A stretch of 64,000 nucleotides of DNA from Felis catus. Lineage: Eukaryota. Location: positions 94,800,001-94,864,000 of the forward strand of contig NC_058368.1 of the NCBI RefSeq assembly GCF_018350175.1, given 5' to 3'. Below the pieces are notes generated by a model. The model was not told the origin of the DNA. It saw only the letters and a list, made by a program, of their open reading frames with translations, and ran no database searches. Made by a program: the position numbers and the translations under genes. Positions within the stretch are counted from its first letter, which is position 1, and every line of letters starts with the position of its first letter. Positions 1-12,687 of the stretch are shown here, in pieces.

Positions 1-66
1 AAGAACCATGAGATCATGACCTGAGCCAAAGTCGGACTCAACGAACTAAGCCAGCCAGGTGTCCCG
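1..66 (-). mobile_element. CanSINE, partial (5' head)
   Basis: gagatcatgacctgagccaaagtcgga...ccaggtgtccc, reverse complement of the CanSINE head. Confidence 0.85.
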
Positions 67-1372
67 AGCATGAACTTTTTAAAAAAACTAATCTGTACGA
101 ACAGATACTGCACCCTTATTCACAAGCTCCGGATATACTCAGGATTATAGAAAAGTAATAACTCATTAGGACCATTTCATTTTTGGACTGTGCATTGTTA
201 GTTAATTTCATGATTCCAAGAGGATTCTGCAAATCGTAATCAGGTAATTAGGTTAGCAGGGAACTAATGTGGGTGGAAAAATGAGTTCAGTCTTCATCTG
301 TCACCATTACAAGTTAAAAATTTGTAATGGAACATGATTACAAGATAACAGTTTCTAATAGACAGTTACTGCCTTAACTCCATGATGAAATTTGTTATTG
401 TTCCCGCCAGTCTCTAGGACTTAGGATCCCTAAGGGTTGAGAATAGAATCAGGGGTGTCTGATTATGCTGCAGATTTGCAAACGGTGCCTTTCTGGGTGC
501 CCGTTACATGATACATTCAGCGCCCTTCAGAACATGAAGCAAATGCTGACTTTACCCTTGTGTTTATTTTCCGGAAACAGAGCCTCCAGGTAGCCAATAA
601 GAAGTATAAATTGTAACTAAATTGTGAAATTAATACTCATTTAGATGCACATAGTGGTCTTCTTTTCCTTGAAGACTGACGTGATGGCACAAGACAGAAA
701 AAAATGAAACCAACATATGTTTTTAATTACCTTTTTCTTAACACTGTGAATTATATTAGGTTATTTAATTTAGGATGCAGAATGCATGGTAGCTCTTGAA
801 AGTACACACACATCATCCAAATTTCTGTCTCTGAATACAATAAAGTGATTTTATGAACAAAGGAGAAACCCCAATTTGGGCATTGAGCTCATAGTCTTTA
901 GAAACCACGCACTGGGAACATGATTTCAATTTAGTGTCTAGTTTACCCGGAATCCCTCAACTGGGATACTAACACATGTTTTGAGAAGTTAAGTAATGCA
1001 GCCATTCTAAATCTGTAATGATAATGCTTCAGTAATCAGATAAGTGCTTATAATTAGAATAAAGAGTAATTTCCAGAAAAAGATAGCATCACCTATAATA
1101 TTTATTACAGAGAAATGCTCCATTTTTTTTTTTAGCTGTCAGTGCTCTTAACATAATTTCTCACTACATTTAAGGAGCTTCTTGTAATCATATTCAAAAC
1201 CTCTTATCTTGCTGATTATATTCAGCAACCATAGCTAAATATTTCAGTACCAGAGCTGAAAATCATAATGACATATCAGCATACACATAATAAATTACAG
1301 TTAATGAATACTCTAAGAGGTGCATTGTGATTGGCTCCAAGTTTGTGATCTGCTCATGCATAGCACATTGTA

Positions 1373-1571
1373 ATTTTTTTTAATGTTTATTTTTTAAGAG
1401 AGACAGAGTGCAAGGGGGGAGAGGGGCAGAGAGACAGAGACAGAATCCGAAGCAGGCTCTAGGCTCTGAGCTATTAGCCCAGAGCTGAATATGGGGCTTG
1501 AACCCATGAACTGTGAGATCACGACCTGAGCCAAAGTCAGATGCTTAACCATCTGAGCCACCCAGGAGCCC
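1373..1571 (-). mobile_element. CanSINE
   Basis: Poly-T, (AG)n linker, reverse-complement head; flanking ttgtaattttt TSD. Confidence 0.9.
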
Positions 1572-2151
1572 AGAATGTTGTAATTTTTCAGAGGATAGAA
1601 AATGTGGTCGTGAGATGACTGCCATACACTGTTTGTCTACACAAGAATGAAGTAATATTTTAGCCAGAATGCAAAGGGCCCATACAGAAAACAGGTTAAG
1701 TGTCCTCACAGCTGAAATAGTTACCTCTGATTAAGCATTTTGTGACAATATGGCATGGACACTTTGACACCACTTATCTCTTAAATAAAGGTTTCTGGTT
1801 AAAAATGGTTTATTGTTCTCTTGACAGCCAAAATTTGTGGTTTTAGCTAAATATGTGCAAAACCTCAAATCTTCTGATTTCACCAGCTCAGGCAGGACCC
1901 TTCAAGTGTGAAAAGCCATTTTTCAAGCTAACTAGGAAATCAATAGCAAAATTACTGTACTTTGTAGCACACATACATGCTGAATAAACAAGACTTAGGA
2001 GACCAACAAGACTACTGTCATCACTAGGGCAAATATTATAGTATAATTGGAAAATATTGTCATCATTTAGGCAAAATCCAATTATTTTGATACTCTCTAT
2101 ATAGTATTCTCCCCCATGGGGGAAAAAGTCAATTTAAATTTACCAGCTACC

Positions 2152-2375
2152 TGGGGCGCCTGGGTGGCTCAGTCGGTTAAGCATCCAACTCCAGCTCTAG
2201 TCATGATCCCGCAGGTTGTGAGTTCAAGCCCTGTGTCAGGCTCTGTGCTGACAGCTTGGAGCCTGAAGCCTGCTTCGGATTCTGTGTCTCCCTCTCTGTC
2301 TCTGTCCCTATCCCACTCATGCTCTGTATCTCTGGCTCTCTCTCTCAAAAATAAAGAAAAAAAATTTTTTTTAAA
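2152..2375 (+). mobile_element. CanSINE
   Basis: ggggcgcctgggtggctcagtcggtt head, (CT)n, A-tail; TSD ttaaatttaccagctacct. Confidence 0.95.
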
Positions 2376-2470
2376 TTTACCAGCTACCTTTTCTTAAAAT
2401 TGAGCTCAATAAACATCTGTGATACCGGGTACTGGTGATCAATCCCAAGCTAGGCTACTGGTCTACAATA

Positions 2471-2546
2471 AAGAAAGCATAGCCCTGCCCTTGAAGTTCC
2501 TCCCATCTAAGAAAGCATAGCCCTGCCCTTGAAGTTCCTCCCATCT
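2471..2546. repeat. Perfect 38-bp tandem duplication
   Basis: aagaaagcatagccctgcccttgaagttcctcccatct x2. Confidence 0.97.
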
Positions 2547-2650
2547 ATAGTACAAAGGTAGGCAATTCCATACAGTGTATTAGGGAAGGGCAGTGACTGA
2601 CATATGCACAAGGAGCTATTAGGTCAACTCAATTGAGAGTTAAAGGATCT

Positions 2651-2860
2651 GGAGGTGCCTGAGTGCCTCAATCAGTTAAGTGTCCAGCTCTTGATTTTTG
2701 GCTCAGGTCACGATCGCATGGTTTGTGAGTTCGATCTCCACATCTGAGCACAGAGCCTGCTTGGGATTCTCTGTTTCCCTCTCTCTCAGCCCTCCCTCAT
2801 TCTCTGTCTCTGTCTCTGTCTCTGTCTCAAAATAAATAAACTTTAAAAAAAAAAAAAAAA
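2651..2860 (+). mobile_element. CanSINE (older subfamily)
   Basis: Diverged head, gcctgcttgggattctc body, A-tail. Confidence 0.9.
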
Positions 2861-3590
2861 GGACTCAAAGATCTAGACAAATGCATGTGTGTGCTCCGTG
2901 CATGCACAAGAGCTGTGGGGAGTGCTGCTGAGAGAACGCAGGGAACAGCATGAACAGAGACTCAAAGGGCATTGTGGAAAGCCTGCTAGGACTGCAGGTG
3001 TGCACAGTGCATTCAGAGGGTGCTAGAACTCGAGGCTGTAGGCAGCGTTGGGGGCCAGATTTTGGAAGTCTTGACTGCCACGCTAACAAGCATGAAATTT
3101 GCTTTTGTTGTGTATGTACTGACTGTATTCTTAAATGGACAAGTGCCTTTGTCAAGCTGCATTTTTTCAAAGACGGCGAAAAGGAAAGTTCGAATTTGGT
3201 TGACTTAACCCCAGGAAATAAATGCCTTTTGTAACTTGTGTTCCATCTCTTTGCTGAAGTTGTCCTTTTATGACTTTTAACAAGCCTTGATAAAAGCTCA
3301 GGGTTTCCACTTTGCCTACTACCCTCCTCCAGCAGCAGGACCATCCATGCCCAGGAGGTGTCGGGGGCCTGCTGGACCGGGCAGTAGTTTTCATGAAGAG
3401 CCTTTGGAATCACAGGGGTCAGTGGAGCAACAGGCATCAGCTCCATATTCAGGTGCAAGTGATTATTTGTCTTCCTCTGTCTCTGATTCATGTACTTTAT
3501 CCATTGGGCTGACATATTTTTGTGTGTTTGGAATTAGAATTTTGAGCATGGTGGAGTGCTGTGTTAACTTCTGTGAAATACTCCCAGTGG

Positions 3591-3637
3591 TTTTTTTTTT
3601 TTTAAGTTTATTTTTGAGAGAGAGAGGAGAGAGGAGA

Positions 3638-3676
<39 letters not shown>

Positions 3677-3826
3677 TGCGAGAGAGAGGGAGACACAGAA
3701 TCTGAAGCAGGCTCCAGACTCTGAGCTGTCAGTGCAGAGCCCGATGCAGGGCTCGAACTCAAGAACTGTGAGATCATGACCTGAGCCCAAGTGGGATGCT
3801 TCACCGACCAAGCCACCCAGGCGCTC
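3591..3826 (-). mobile_element. CanSINE with expanded (GA)n
   Basis: Reverse-complement body and head. Confidence 0.93.
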
Positions 3827-5934
3827 CTCTTTTTTTTTTTTTCTTCTTTTAATTAATTTAACCAAGACAAACATTACCTTATGTAGCCATATTTATCAAA
3901 ATATGTACTCTCAGAACAGCTTTTATGTATTTCTGTGTAGAATTAGACAGGGGACATAAATGTGCAAATTCATGGAGAGAAATGTTTTCTTTAAATTAGC
4001 TTGAAAGTGCAGTTTTATCTTGAGTTATCATAATAGTAAAGCAGAAAGAACAGCGATTGGTCTCACCATGATATACTGCATATTAGTTCATCTTTGTGGG
4101 ATCTGCTGCCTCATTTAGTGAACAAAAGGGTTGAGCTAGGTTATTGCCGAAGCTCTTTCTTACTACCATTTTGTGATTCTCAGCTCACTAGCTTAATTTG
4201 CTTATGTCAGGTACACCTTCCAACATCGTCAAGCCATAGAACTGAAAAGAACCTTGGGAGGTCACATAGTCAAGCTGCTTCAAAGAAGAGTAGAAATTTG
4301 CTCTCCCTCCACCTACAGCAAGCTTTTGCTTGCCCCTTCTGAAGCTGGCACCCTCTGAATCAGAGCCCATTGTAACATCTGTTACCCCCTTTGGTTGCCA
4401 GGATTGATTCCACGGATCTGACAGATGGGCAGAGGATCCCTTTGTCCCTTCTCTCCTATGTACCTTCTTCCTGTAGTTGGGAGCTTAGCTGTAAAGGGCA
4501 ACCAGCCTGCTTAGAGAACGACCTTTCTTTGGTCAAGGGTACACACGTTCCTGTTTACCTTTGTATTGGCACTCTCTAATGTTTATTGAATGATGGAATA
4601 TTACAGGTGACGGAAATGGCTAATGCCTGTATGTATCAGTAGAATTTCATGGGTTTTTTTTTTCTTTTGGTGGTGAGAGCTTAAATTACACCCCAGGGTT
4701 TTTTGAACAATAATAGTGAAGATAGTCAACAAGTAATAATAGAGATACTAGAATATATTCACAATTAACATATTGTATATAGTTATGTAGAACATAATCT
4801 CTAGATATATTTGTTAAATGGTGCCTAATAATTTATGTGCTATAAACCCATTGAGCATTCAGTAGAACTTGAAATACTTATATATTATCTTTGCCCTTCA
4901 TTTCTGTAACTGAAAAGGAGAAAACTTCCTCTTGAAATACCTAGAAAAGTATTTTTAGATCAGTCAGAACATGAGATTAGTAGTTTTTCTTTTCCTGGCA
5001 TTCTTTATTCCTGATTTTCTAGGTGAAAAGCTAATTGTATCATTTCTAATTCTGATATCCAACTTAAGTTTAAAAGCTAAGCACTGTAAATGTGGTTTAA
5101 CTCTTACCCAGTTTATATCTGTATGATTTAGAGGCTGTTTTTACTTGGGTAATTTGTACAGAGGCTAATGCACTTCTCTCTTGGAAAATGTATAGGTGTT
5201 CCTAATTCCTAACTAATGGGAAGGCAGAGGATATTTTTACTGTCAGCTTTCATCAAGTTAGACCTCTCTGAAGGCCTCGCTACATTTTATTTCCATGGGA
5301 ATTTTGCTAATGGGTATGTGCAACATTACCCAGGTACTTGTAGACAGGATTACAAATTAAAAATGAAAAGGAATGGGCAAACAAATACATTTTTCTTCTG
5401 TTTTAAGAAATTGGCAGAATTTTAATCTTTGCACTTCGATTTTCACTTTGTGGTGTTTTTCAGATAGGACGCAGAAAGTCTAAGTTCGGTTTTAATGCGG
5501 GAGACCAGCTTAGGCAACATAAGTAATGAATTTCCTAAGTGGGTTCTTGGCTGTAATCTTATATGCATAAGGCGGAAGAAAGAGAGTAAATCTTCTAGTC
5601 TGTGTGTTTACTTAACAATATTAGTGACTTTAATGGGTTTTACTGGAAAATGCAATATTGAAGGCATATTTAAAAATAAGCTACCCAGTTTTATTGCCTG
5701 TATACTAACTCACTAAATTATTTTGATCCACATAATAATCCATGTAATAATAAATGTATGCCCACCATACATTTCCACATACCACACAGAACACATTTGT
5801 GGACCTGTTGGTACTTACTGTTTCTGGAACATCCACCTACCCTAAATGTTGCAATTCCATAGATTTCCGCCCCAGGCTTGCCTCTCTTCTCATACAGCAT
5901 TCTTATCTTGGGCGGTCACATCTACTCTTGCTGG

Positions 5935-6043
5935 GTTTTTTTGTTTTGTTTTTTAAGTAGGCTTCATGCCCAGCATAGGGCTTGAAGTCACAACCCTGAG
6001 ATCCAGAGTCACACGCTTTACCAACTGAGCCAGCTGGGCATCC
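5935..6043 (-). mobile_element. Short CanSINE variant
   Basis: gggcttgaagtcacaaccctgagatc...ccaactgagccagctgggcatcc. Confidence 0.75.
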
Positions 6044-6506
6044 TGCAGTCTTGCAGTTTTAAATATCAATATATAATATGGAAATATCAAATGTACATCT
6101 CTTACCTAAGTCTCTTTTTTGGCTTCGTAGACTTATTTCATTTATTTTCAGGGAAGTCTCACAGACATATCAAGCTAATTGTGTCCTAAACTGCCCCTTT
6201 GATGCTCTCCTTCTTCAGATCTTCTCTAGAGTTTCCTTATCTCCACTGCCTCTGTCCACTTTCTCTTGCCAGAAACCTGAGAGTCATTCTGACTATTGTT
6301 CCTTCACACACACACCTCCGTTCAAATCTGTCACCAAGTACTGTCTCTTCTACCTCTAATCCACATCTCAAGTTTTTCTGCTTTTCTTTATCACCATTGC
6401 CATCACATTAGATCAAATTACTGTCTTTTGCCGGGACTGATGCAGTAGCCTCCGCATTGGTTTCTCACATCGAGTTTGGCCAACTCCATTTAGAAATAAA
6501 AGCCAT

Positions 6507-6730
6507 GGAGCGCCTGAGTGACTCAGTTGGTTAAGCGTCCAACTCTTGTTTTTGGCTCAGGTCACGGTCCCACAGCTTGTGAGTTCGGGCCCCGCATTGG
6601 GTTCTGCACTGACAGTGCAGAGCCTACTTGGGATTCTCTTTCTATCTCCTTCTTCAAATCTTCTCGCTGCCTCCCCCCCCCCCCAATAGATAAACAAACA
6701 AACTTTAAAAAATGAAAAAAGAAAAGAAAA
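6507..6730 (+). mobile_element. CanSINE
   Basis: Head and tail; aaagcca flanking repeat. Confidence 0.9.
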
Positions 6731-6887
6731 GCCAAGGCAGGGGAGTGAGGGGAATAGAAGCCAAGGGCACTTGTTAATATGTAGATGTAATCATATAATT
6801 TTTATACTTAACACTCTCCAGTGGCTTTCCATTGTTCTTAGAGGACAGATCTTCTCTTCTGTCCATCCCCAAAGAGGTATTGGGGCT

Positions 6888-7274
6888 TATCTTAGTTTGG
6901 TAGGACCTCCATAACAGAGTACATCTGACTGGGTAGCTTAAAAAACAAATTTATGTACTCACAGCCTGGAGATGAGAAGTTTTGAGGTCACCATGTCATT
7001 AGGATTGGTTTCTTCTAAGGCCCGTATCTTTGGCTGGTAGATGGCATCTTCCCCCAGTGTCTTCACATGGTTGTTCCTCTGTGTGTGTGTCTGGGTCCTA
7101 ATTTCCTGTTCTTACAAGGATACCAGTCATGTTGGACTGGGCTCCCATCCACATGACCTCATTTTACCTTAATTACCTCTGTAAGATGCTAACACTATAC
7201 ACAATTACATTTTGAGGTACTGGGGGTTAGGATTTCAATGTGAATTGGGGTGAGACACAACTCAGCCCACAACA
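6888..7274 (-). mobile_element. MaLR solo LTR (MLT1A/B/C-like)
   Basis: atgacctcattttaccttaattacctc...gaggtactgggggttaggatttcaa...acacaactcagcccacaaca, characteristic of MLT1. Confidence 0.85.
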
Positions 7275-7683
7275 GAGCCTAAACTGATGGTCAATGGAGG
7301 AGTAAACATGTACAGAATGTACCACTCTGAGTAATGTCTCTATGTTCCTTATGGTCTTACCTCCACTCCTATCTTTTCATCGAAATCTTAACTGTCATTA
7401 GGTCAACATATTACCTTAAAATACTGTTGAAAAGATACCGGAAACATTGGTGCACAAGTATCTGTTTGAGTTCCTCTTTTCATTCCTTTCAGGTGGATGC
7501 CCAGGAGTGGAATTGCTGGGTCATATGGAAATTCTTTCTTTAACTTTTTCAGGAATGGCCAGTGCTTTCCACAGCTGCTGCACCATTCTATATTCTCACT
7601 AGCAATGTATGTGGATTCCAATTTCCCTGTGTCCTCACCAACACTTGTTCTCCACCCCAACCCTCCCCATTTAAAAAAAATAA

Positions 7684-7924
7684 CAGTAAAACCTTGGTTT
7701 GTGAGCACAGTGCATTTCGGAAACATGGTTGTAATCCATAGTGCTCATATCAAAGCGAATTTCAAAAACCGTTGGCTCAGCTGTGATCATGTGACATTCA
7801 GCATCACATACTACTTGTATTGTGAGACGTCAGTCATTTATCAAATTAAAAAATTTATCAGAAATGTTTGCTCGTCTTGTGGAACACTTGCAGGACAAGT
7901 TACTCCCAATCCAAGGTTTTACCA
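7684..7924. mobile_element. Tc1/mariner (Tigger-like) MITE, about 240 bp
   Basis: Terminal inverted repeats cagtaaaaccttggtttgtgag / ctcccaatccaaggttttacca, followed by TA. Confidence 0.75.
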
Positions 7925-8090
7925 TATATCCTTCTTACTAAGTGTGAAGAGCTGTCTCATTGCAGTTTTGATTTGCATTTCCCTAATGACTTAGGATTTC
8001 GAATATCTTTTCATGTGCTTACTTAACCATTTGCATATCTTTTTTGAACAAATGTCTGTTCCAGTCCTTTGCCTTTTTAAAATTGGGCTT

Positions 8091-8310
8091 GGGGCGCCTG
8101 GGTCACTCATTCAATTAAGCATCCGAATTCAGCTCAGGTCATGATCTCTGGGTTTGTGGGTTTGAGCCCCACGTCAGGCTCTGTGCTGAGAGCTTAGAGC
8201 CTGGAATCTGCTTCAGATTCTGTCTCTCCCTCTCTCTCTGCCCCTCTCCCACTTGCACTCTGTCTCTGTCTCTCTCTCAAAAATAAGCAAACATTAAAAT
8301 TTTTTTTTAA
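8091..8310 (+). mobile_element. CanSINE
   Basis: TSD aattgggctt. Confidence 0.93.
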
Positions 8311-8779
8311 TTGGGCTTGTCTTTTTGTTGTTGAATTATAAGAGCTCTTTATATATTCTTGGTATTAGACTCTTATTAGACAGTGATTTGCAGTATTTTC
8401 TTCCATTCTGTGAATTGTCTTTTTTCTTCCTCACTTCTTTTAAATCTTAACTCAGATGTCACCATTTCAGTGAGACCTTTTCTGACCACCTACCACTGAA
8501 TCTCCTCCTACCTCCAAACACATTCTCTATCCTTGCTTTTTCTTCCTAGCACTTAACACCAACAGACATTTCTATATGTATGTATATGGATTGTTACCGT
8601 TATTATTATCACAAATCTTGTTTGTTTTCTGTCTTCATCAACTAGAAAGTGGGACATTTTTGTCTCTGTCGCTCAATATGTAAATGTATATGTAGTGCCT
8701 AGAACAACCCTTGTAGGCTTTTAATTCGTATTTGTTGAGTAAGAATGAATGAATGAATTTTACACCTAGCAATGCCATT

Positions 8780-9560
8780 ATTATTTTTTTTTAACTGGGA
8801 AAATATAGCACACATACAGAAAAAGAGCACAGTGATTTGTCATAAGAAAAAAAAAGCACCTTTTACCCACCACCAAGATCGAGAAATATATACATTATTG
8901 CCATTACGTCAGAATGGCCTCCCCTCAATTATGACCTCCTTTCTCCAGTCACCCAGAGGTGATCACTACTCAGATACTTCTGGTAACATCTTTGTTGCTT
9001 TGTTACTTTATAGCTTGGATGGTTGTACCACCCAATCGTTTGTCTCTGAAACCTTTTTTACTATTGTTTTTTAAATCCCCACATAAATGAAACCAATCAA
9101 TGTGTCTTCTGTGCCTTCCTCTGACTTTTAACATTATGTTTGAGAGTTATGCATGCTGTCGTATTTAGCTCTAGTTTATTTTCATGTCTGCATTGTTGCT
9201 GTACTACAGTTGATTTATACATTCTTCTGTTGAAAGAAACTCATTACTTCCGTTTTTTGGTTCTTTTGAATATTGGTGTTATCAGCGTTCTCATACCTGT
9301 TTCATGGTGTCCAAATGTGCACATTTCTATTGAGCACAACGCTCATACTTAGGTGTAAATTTGGATGTAATGGGGCATGAGTGTATTCAGCTCTAGTAAA
9401 TTATACCAAAGAAGTTTTCACAATAATTATACAGATTTCCACTCCTTCCAGCAGTATGGTTACTAATATGTGTTACTGTGGTTTTGGCTCTTTGGACCTC
9501 AGCTTTTGCGAAGTGACTGATCAAGTCTCTTGTCTTCTTTTTTTTCTTCTTTCTTTTTTC
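8780..9560 (-). mobile_element. Ancient L1 (L1ME-like) 3' fragment
   Basis: acccaccaccaagatcgagaaata..., ccagaggtgatcactactc, tttgagagttatgcatgctg motifs; highly diverged. Confidence 0.55.
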
Positions 9561-9623
9561 TTGTCTTCTTTTGCTTTTGTTGTTGTTTTTTTTTAATCAG
9601 AGCAAGACTGTCAAGCCAGGGCA

Positions 9624-9626
<3 letters not shown>

Positions 9627-9666
<40 letters not shown>

Positions 9667-9876
9667 TTTTTTTCAACGTTTATTTATTTTTGGGACAGAG
9701 AGAGACAGAGCATGAACGGGGGAGGGGCAGAGAGAGAGGGAGACACAGAATCGGAAACAGGCTCCAGGCTCTGAGCCATCAACCCAGAGCCCGACGCGGG
9801 GCTCGAACTCACAGACCGTGAGATCGTGACCTGGCTGAAGTCGGACGCCCAACCGACTGCGCCACCCAGGCGCCCC
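9627..9876 (-). mobile_element. Very young felid CanSINE (SINEC_Fc-type)
   Basis: 35-nt pure poly-T, CpG-intact body, perfect TSD aagccagggcactctt. Confidence 0.97.
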
Positions 9877-10728
9877 AAGCCAGGGCACTCTTGAGCAGCC
9901 TGGAGGTACCCCTCTCTGCAGGGAAACTTCCGGGAAACCTACCAAGAGGAGGACTGTCTGTAATTGTTAGTTTCTTTCCCACTTGTATTCCCCCCAGAGC
10001 CAGGTTTCCAGGGCAGCACATTAGCTGGAGTCCCTTTTAAGAATCTCATGTGGCATCATGATAGTTTGTCTCTGTGGCTCATTATGTAAATGTATATATA
10101 GTGCCTAGAACTGATAGTTTCTTTCTTCACTGCAGCCTAACACTGCCACCTAGGTGGCTTTCTTTTTTGCCTTAATGAGTTATAATTGACACAACTCTGT
10201 GTTAGTTTTGGATGTACAACGCAATGATTGGGTACATGTTCTTGTCCACTTTTCAATGGCGTTTTGCCTCTTTTTTCATTAATTTGTAGTAATTTTTGTA
10301 TATTCTTGATTGAGTCTCTGTGGCTTACCTTTTAGTCTTTTGATGTGTCCTGATGAATGGAAGTTTTAGATTTTAATATATTTTCATTTATTAGTCATTT
10401 TCTTTAGAGTTGGTATATCTGCTCACAGCTTACTTGTGAACTAACACATATCTTCATGTCTTTTTAAAGGAGTCTCTATATATGCCAAGATTATGGAGAA
10501 GTTTGCATGTATTTTCTTTTAGCTTTTTTGTCTTGACTTACCATTTAGAAGTACAGTCCATCTGGAAGGAGGAGACCACATGAATAAAAACCGGCAGGAA
10601 AGTGTAGGATATCGGGGAGAGAATGAGCACAATAGTTTGCTTAGAGCACAGAGGTCTTTTGGTGGGCAGGGGTGGAGGGTGGTGGCGAGAGGGCCTTGTG
10701 GGAAATAAAAACAGAAAGTTGGATCCGA

Positions 10729-10942
10729 GGGGTGCTTGGGTGGCTCAGTCGGTTAAGTGTCTGACTCTAGATTTTGGGTCAGGTCATGATCTCATGGTCA
10801 TGAGATCGAGCCCTTTATCAGGCTCTGGGCTGGCAGTGCGGAGCCTGCTTGGGATTCTCTCTCCCCCTCTCTCTCTGCCTTTCCACCACTGATGCATGCA
10901 CGTGCTCCCTCTCAAAATAAATAAACATTTAAAAAAAAAAGA
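10729..10942 (+). mobile_element. CanSINE
   Basis: Head, CT-rich linker, A-tail. Confidence 0.9.
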
Positions 10943-11025
10943 TCTAGGAGGATTGTGTAGAGTAAGAAAAACGTTATTCTGCTTTTTTGTCACATGAGCA
11001 AGTATCATTTATAATAGCCTGCAAA

Positions 11026-11240
11026 GGGGCGCCTGGGTGGCTCAGTCGGTTGAGCATCCGACTTTGGCTCAGGTCATGATCTCACAGCTCGTGAGTTCGA
11101 GACCCTCATCGGGCTCTGTGTTGACAGCTCAGAGCCTGGAGCCTACTTCTGCTTCTGTGTCTCCCTCTCTCTCTGCCCCTAACCCATTCACATTCTGTCT
11201 TTGTCTCTCAAAAATAAGTAAACATTAAAAAAATTTTTTT
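11026..11240 (+). mobile_element. CanSINE
   Basis: TSD aatagcctgcaaa. Confidence 0.93.
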
Positions 11241-11374
11241 TACAATAGCCTGCAAAACATCTTGAGTACTGGTACTTTTGTCTCAAAAAAGGGACCATTC
11301 AGTAGTGTGGATGACTCCATACAAATCACCCACCCTCTCTCCTCCCAACCAAACAGTAGCAACAAAGCAAACTA

Positions 11375-11389
11375 ACACACAGACACACA

Positions 11390-11424
<35 letters not shown>
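11375..11424. repeat. (CA)n microsatellite
   Basis: Direct observation. Confidence 0.95.
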
Positions 11425-11426
<2 letters not shown>

Positions 11427-11609
11427 CTATCTTATTTACCGACTTCACTTTTATGTTTGAAAAATTCTTCATTTATGTGGAAGGGAATGTATAATAATAT
11501 CTTGACCTAGTTGGCTATCATAAATTACTGCCCTTTTTTTCCTAGTGACATTTACCTATTGATACTGTTCTCTGTATTTTGTGTCACATTAAGAAACAGT
11601 CCTGAATAG

Positions 11610-11800
11610 GCCTTAATTTCCAGCTCTGACTCTTCTAGTTCATTGTCCATTGTTACATGGTTGTTTTCCTTAGGTGGCTTTCTTACCACAGTGTGCCTCT
11701 GTGCCCTCATCTGTTAAAGGGTCATATTGTATGACATGCCCACCTCCTTGGACTATTTTAAAGTTAATGCGAAGTAATGTAGGTGAAAGTGTTTTGAAAT
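11610..11800 (+). mobile_element. MIR remnant
   Basis: tgcctctgtgccctcatctgttaaaggg...gtaatgtaggtgaaagtg resembles the MIR core. Confidence 0.55.
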
Positions 11801-11904
11801 GTTACCAGTGTCAGGACTTTGAGAATGTATATAACCACATGAGCCTGTTCTTTATTCGTGTGAGAAAAACAACTGCAGTGCTTTCTATTTAAAATCACAT
11901 TTAT

Positions 11905-12098
11905 GGGGCGTCTGGGTGGCTCAGTCAGTTGAGCATCCAACTCTTGGTTTGGCTTGGATCTTGATCCCAGGGTCGTGGAATTGAGCCCAGTGTCAAGCCA
12001 CACTGAGTATGGAGCCTGCTTGGAATTTTCTCTCTCCCTCTGCCCCTCTCCCCTGCTCATGTGTACTCTTTCTGTCTGTCTGTCTCTCTCCCTCAAAA

Positions 12099-12137
<39 letters not shown>

Positions 12138-12145
12138 AAAAAATC
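11905..12145 (+). mobile_element. CanSINE with (TAAA)n tail
   Basis: TSD aaaatcacatttat. Confidence 0.93.
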
Positions 12146-12350
12146 ACATTTATGGAATTTAATGTTATCCATATTAACAGGAAAAGGGAATGATATAAAA
12201 ACATACAACCAAACAATTTTTGTGGGACGTATGTGGTCCATCTCTATGAAGAGTTTTCCTGGGAGTTACCCATTACAGCTAAAGCCCTAGGGTGAATTTT
12301 CTTTTTCTTTTCTTTTTCTTAAAATATAGTTGATGTGCAATACTATATTA

Positions 12351-12687
12351 TAGTTAACCCTTGAACAATATGAGTTTGAACTGTGCCAGTCCACTTAGGT
12401 ACAGATTTTTCTTCTTAAATATAGTATAGCACTGTAAATGTGTTTTCTCTTCCTTGTGATTTCCTTAACGTTTCCTTTTTTGTAGCTTACTTTATGGTAC
12501 ATACATATAGTATATAAAGTAAAAGCAGTATATAGCTCATGTAACTTACAGAATATACATTAATGAACTTCCGGTCAACAGTGGGCTATTAGTAGTTAGG
12601 TTTTGACAGAGTCAAATGTTACATATGGATTTTCCACTACATGGGGGGCCAGCACCCCTAACCCCCATGTTGATCAAGGGTCACCTA
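12351..12687 (+). mobile_element. Tigger2a-like non-autonomous DNA transposon
   Basis: TIRs tagttaacccttgaacaa / ttgatcaagggtcaccta with TA on both sides; inserted in an L1 3' end. Confidence 0.88.

Larger units (their letters stand above)
7430..8430 (-). mobile_element. L1 3' region fragment (interrupted by a MITE and a SINE)
   Basis: cccaggagtggaattgctgggtcatatgg; the minus-strand ORF contains PYDPAIPLLGI of the L1 ORF2 C-terminus. Confidence 0.85.
6150..8757 (+). mobile_element. Fragmented L2 LINE remnant interrupted by SINEs, MLT1 and L1
   Basis: aaacctgagagtcattctgac...tgtcaccaagtactgtctcttctacctc and a terminal gtgcctagaaca...tatttgttgagt..gaatgaatgaatgaa typical of L2 3' ends. Confidence 0.65.

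Noticed and set aside
2865..3515. Longest ORF (216 aa, minus strand)
   Set aside because: No recognisable domain or family, intronic antisense location and no supporting exon structure; consistent with a chance ORF.
7497..7994. 165-aa ORF
   Set aside because: Spans antisense L1 and a MITE; no transposase similarity seen.
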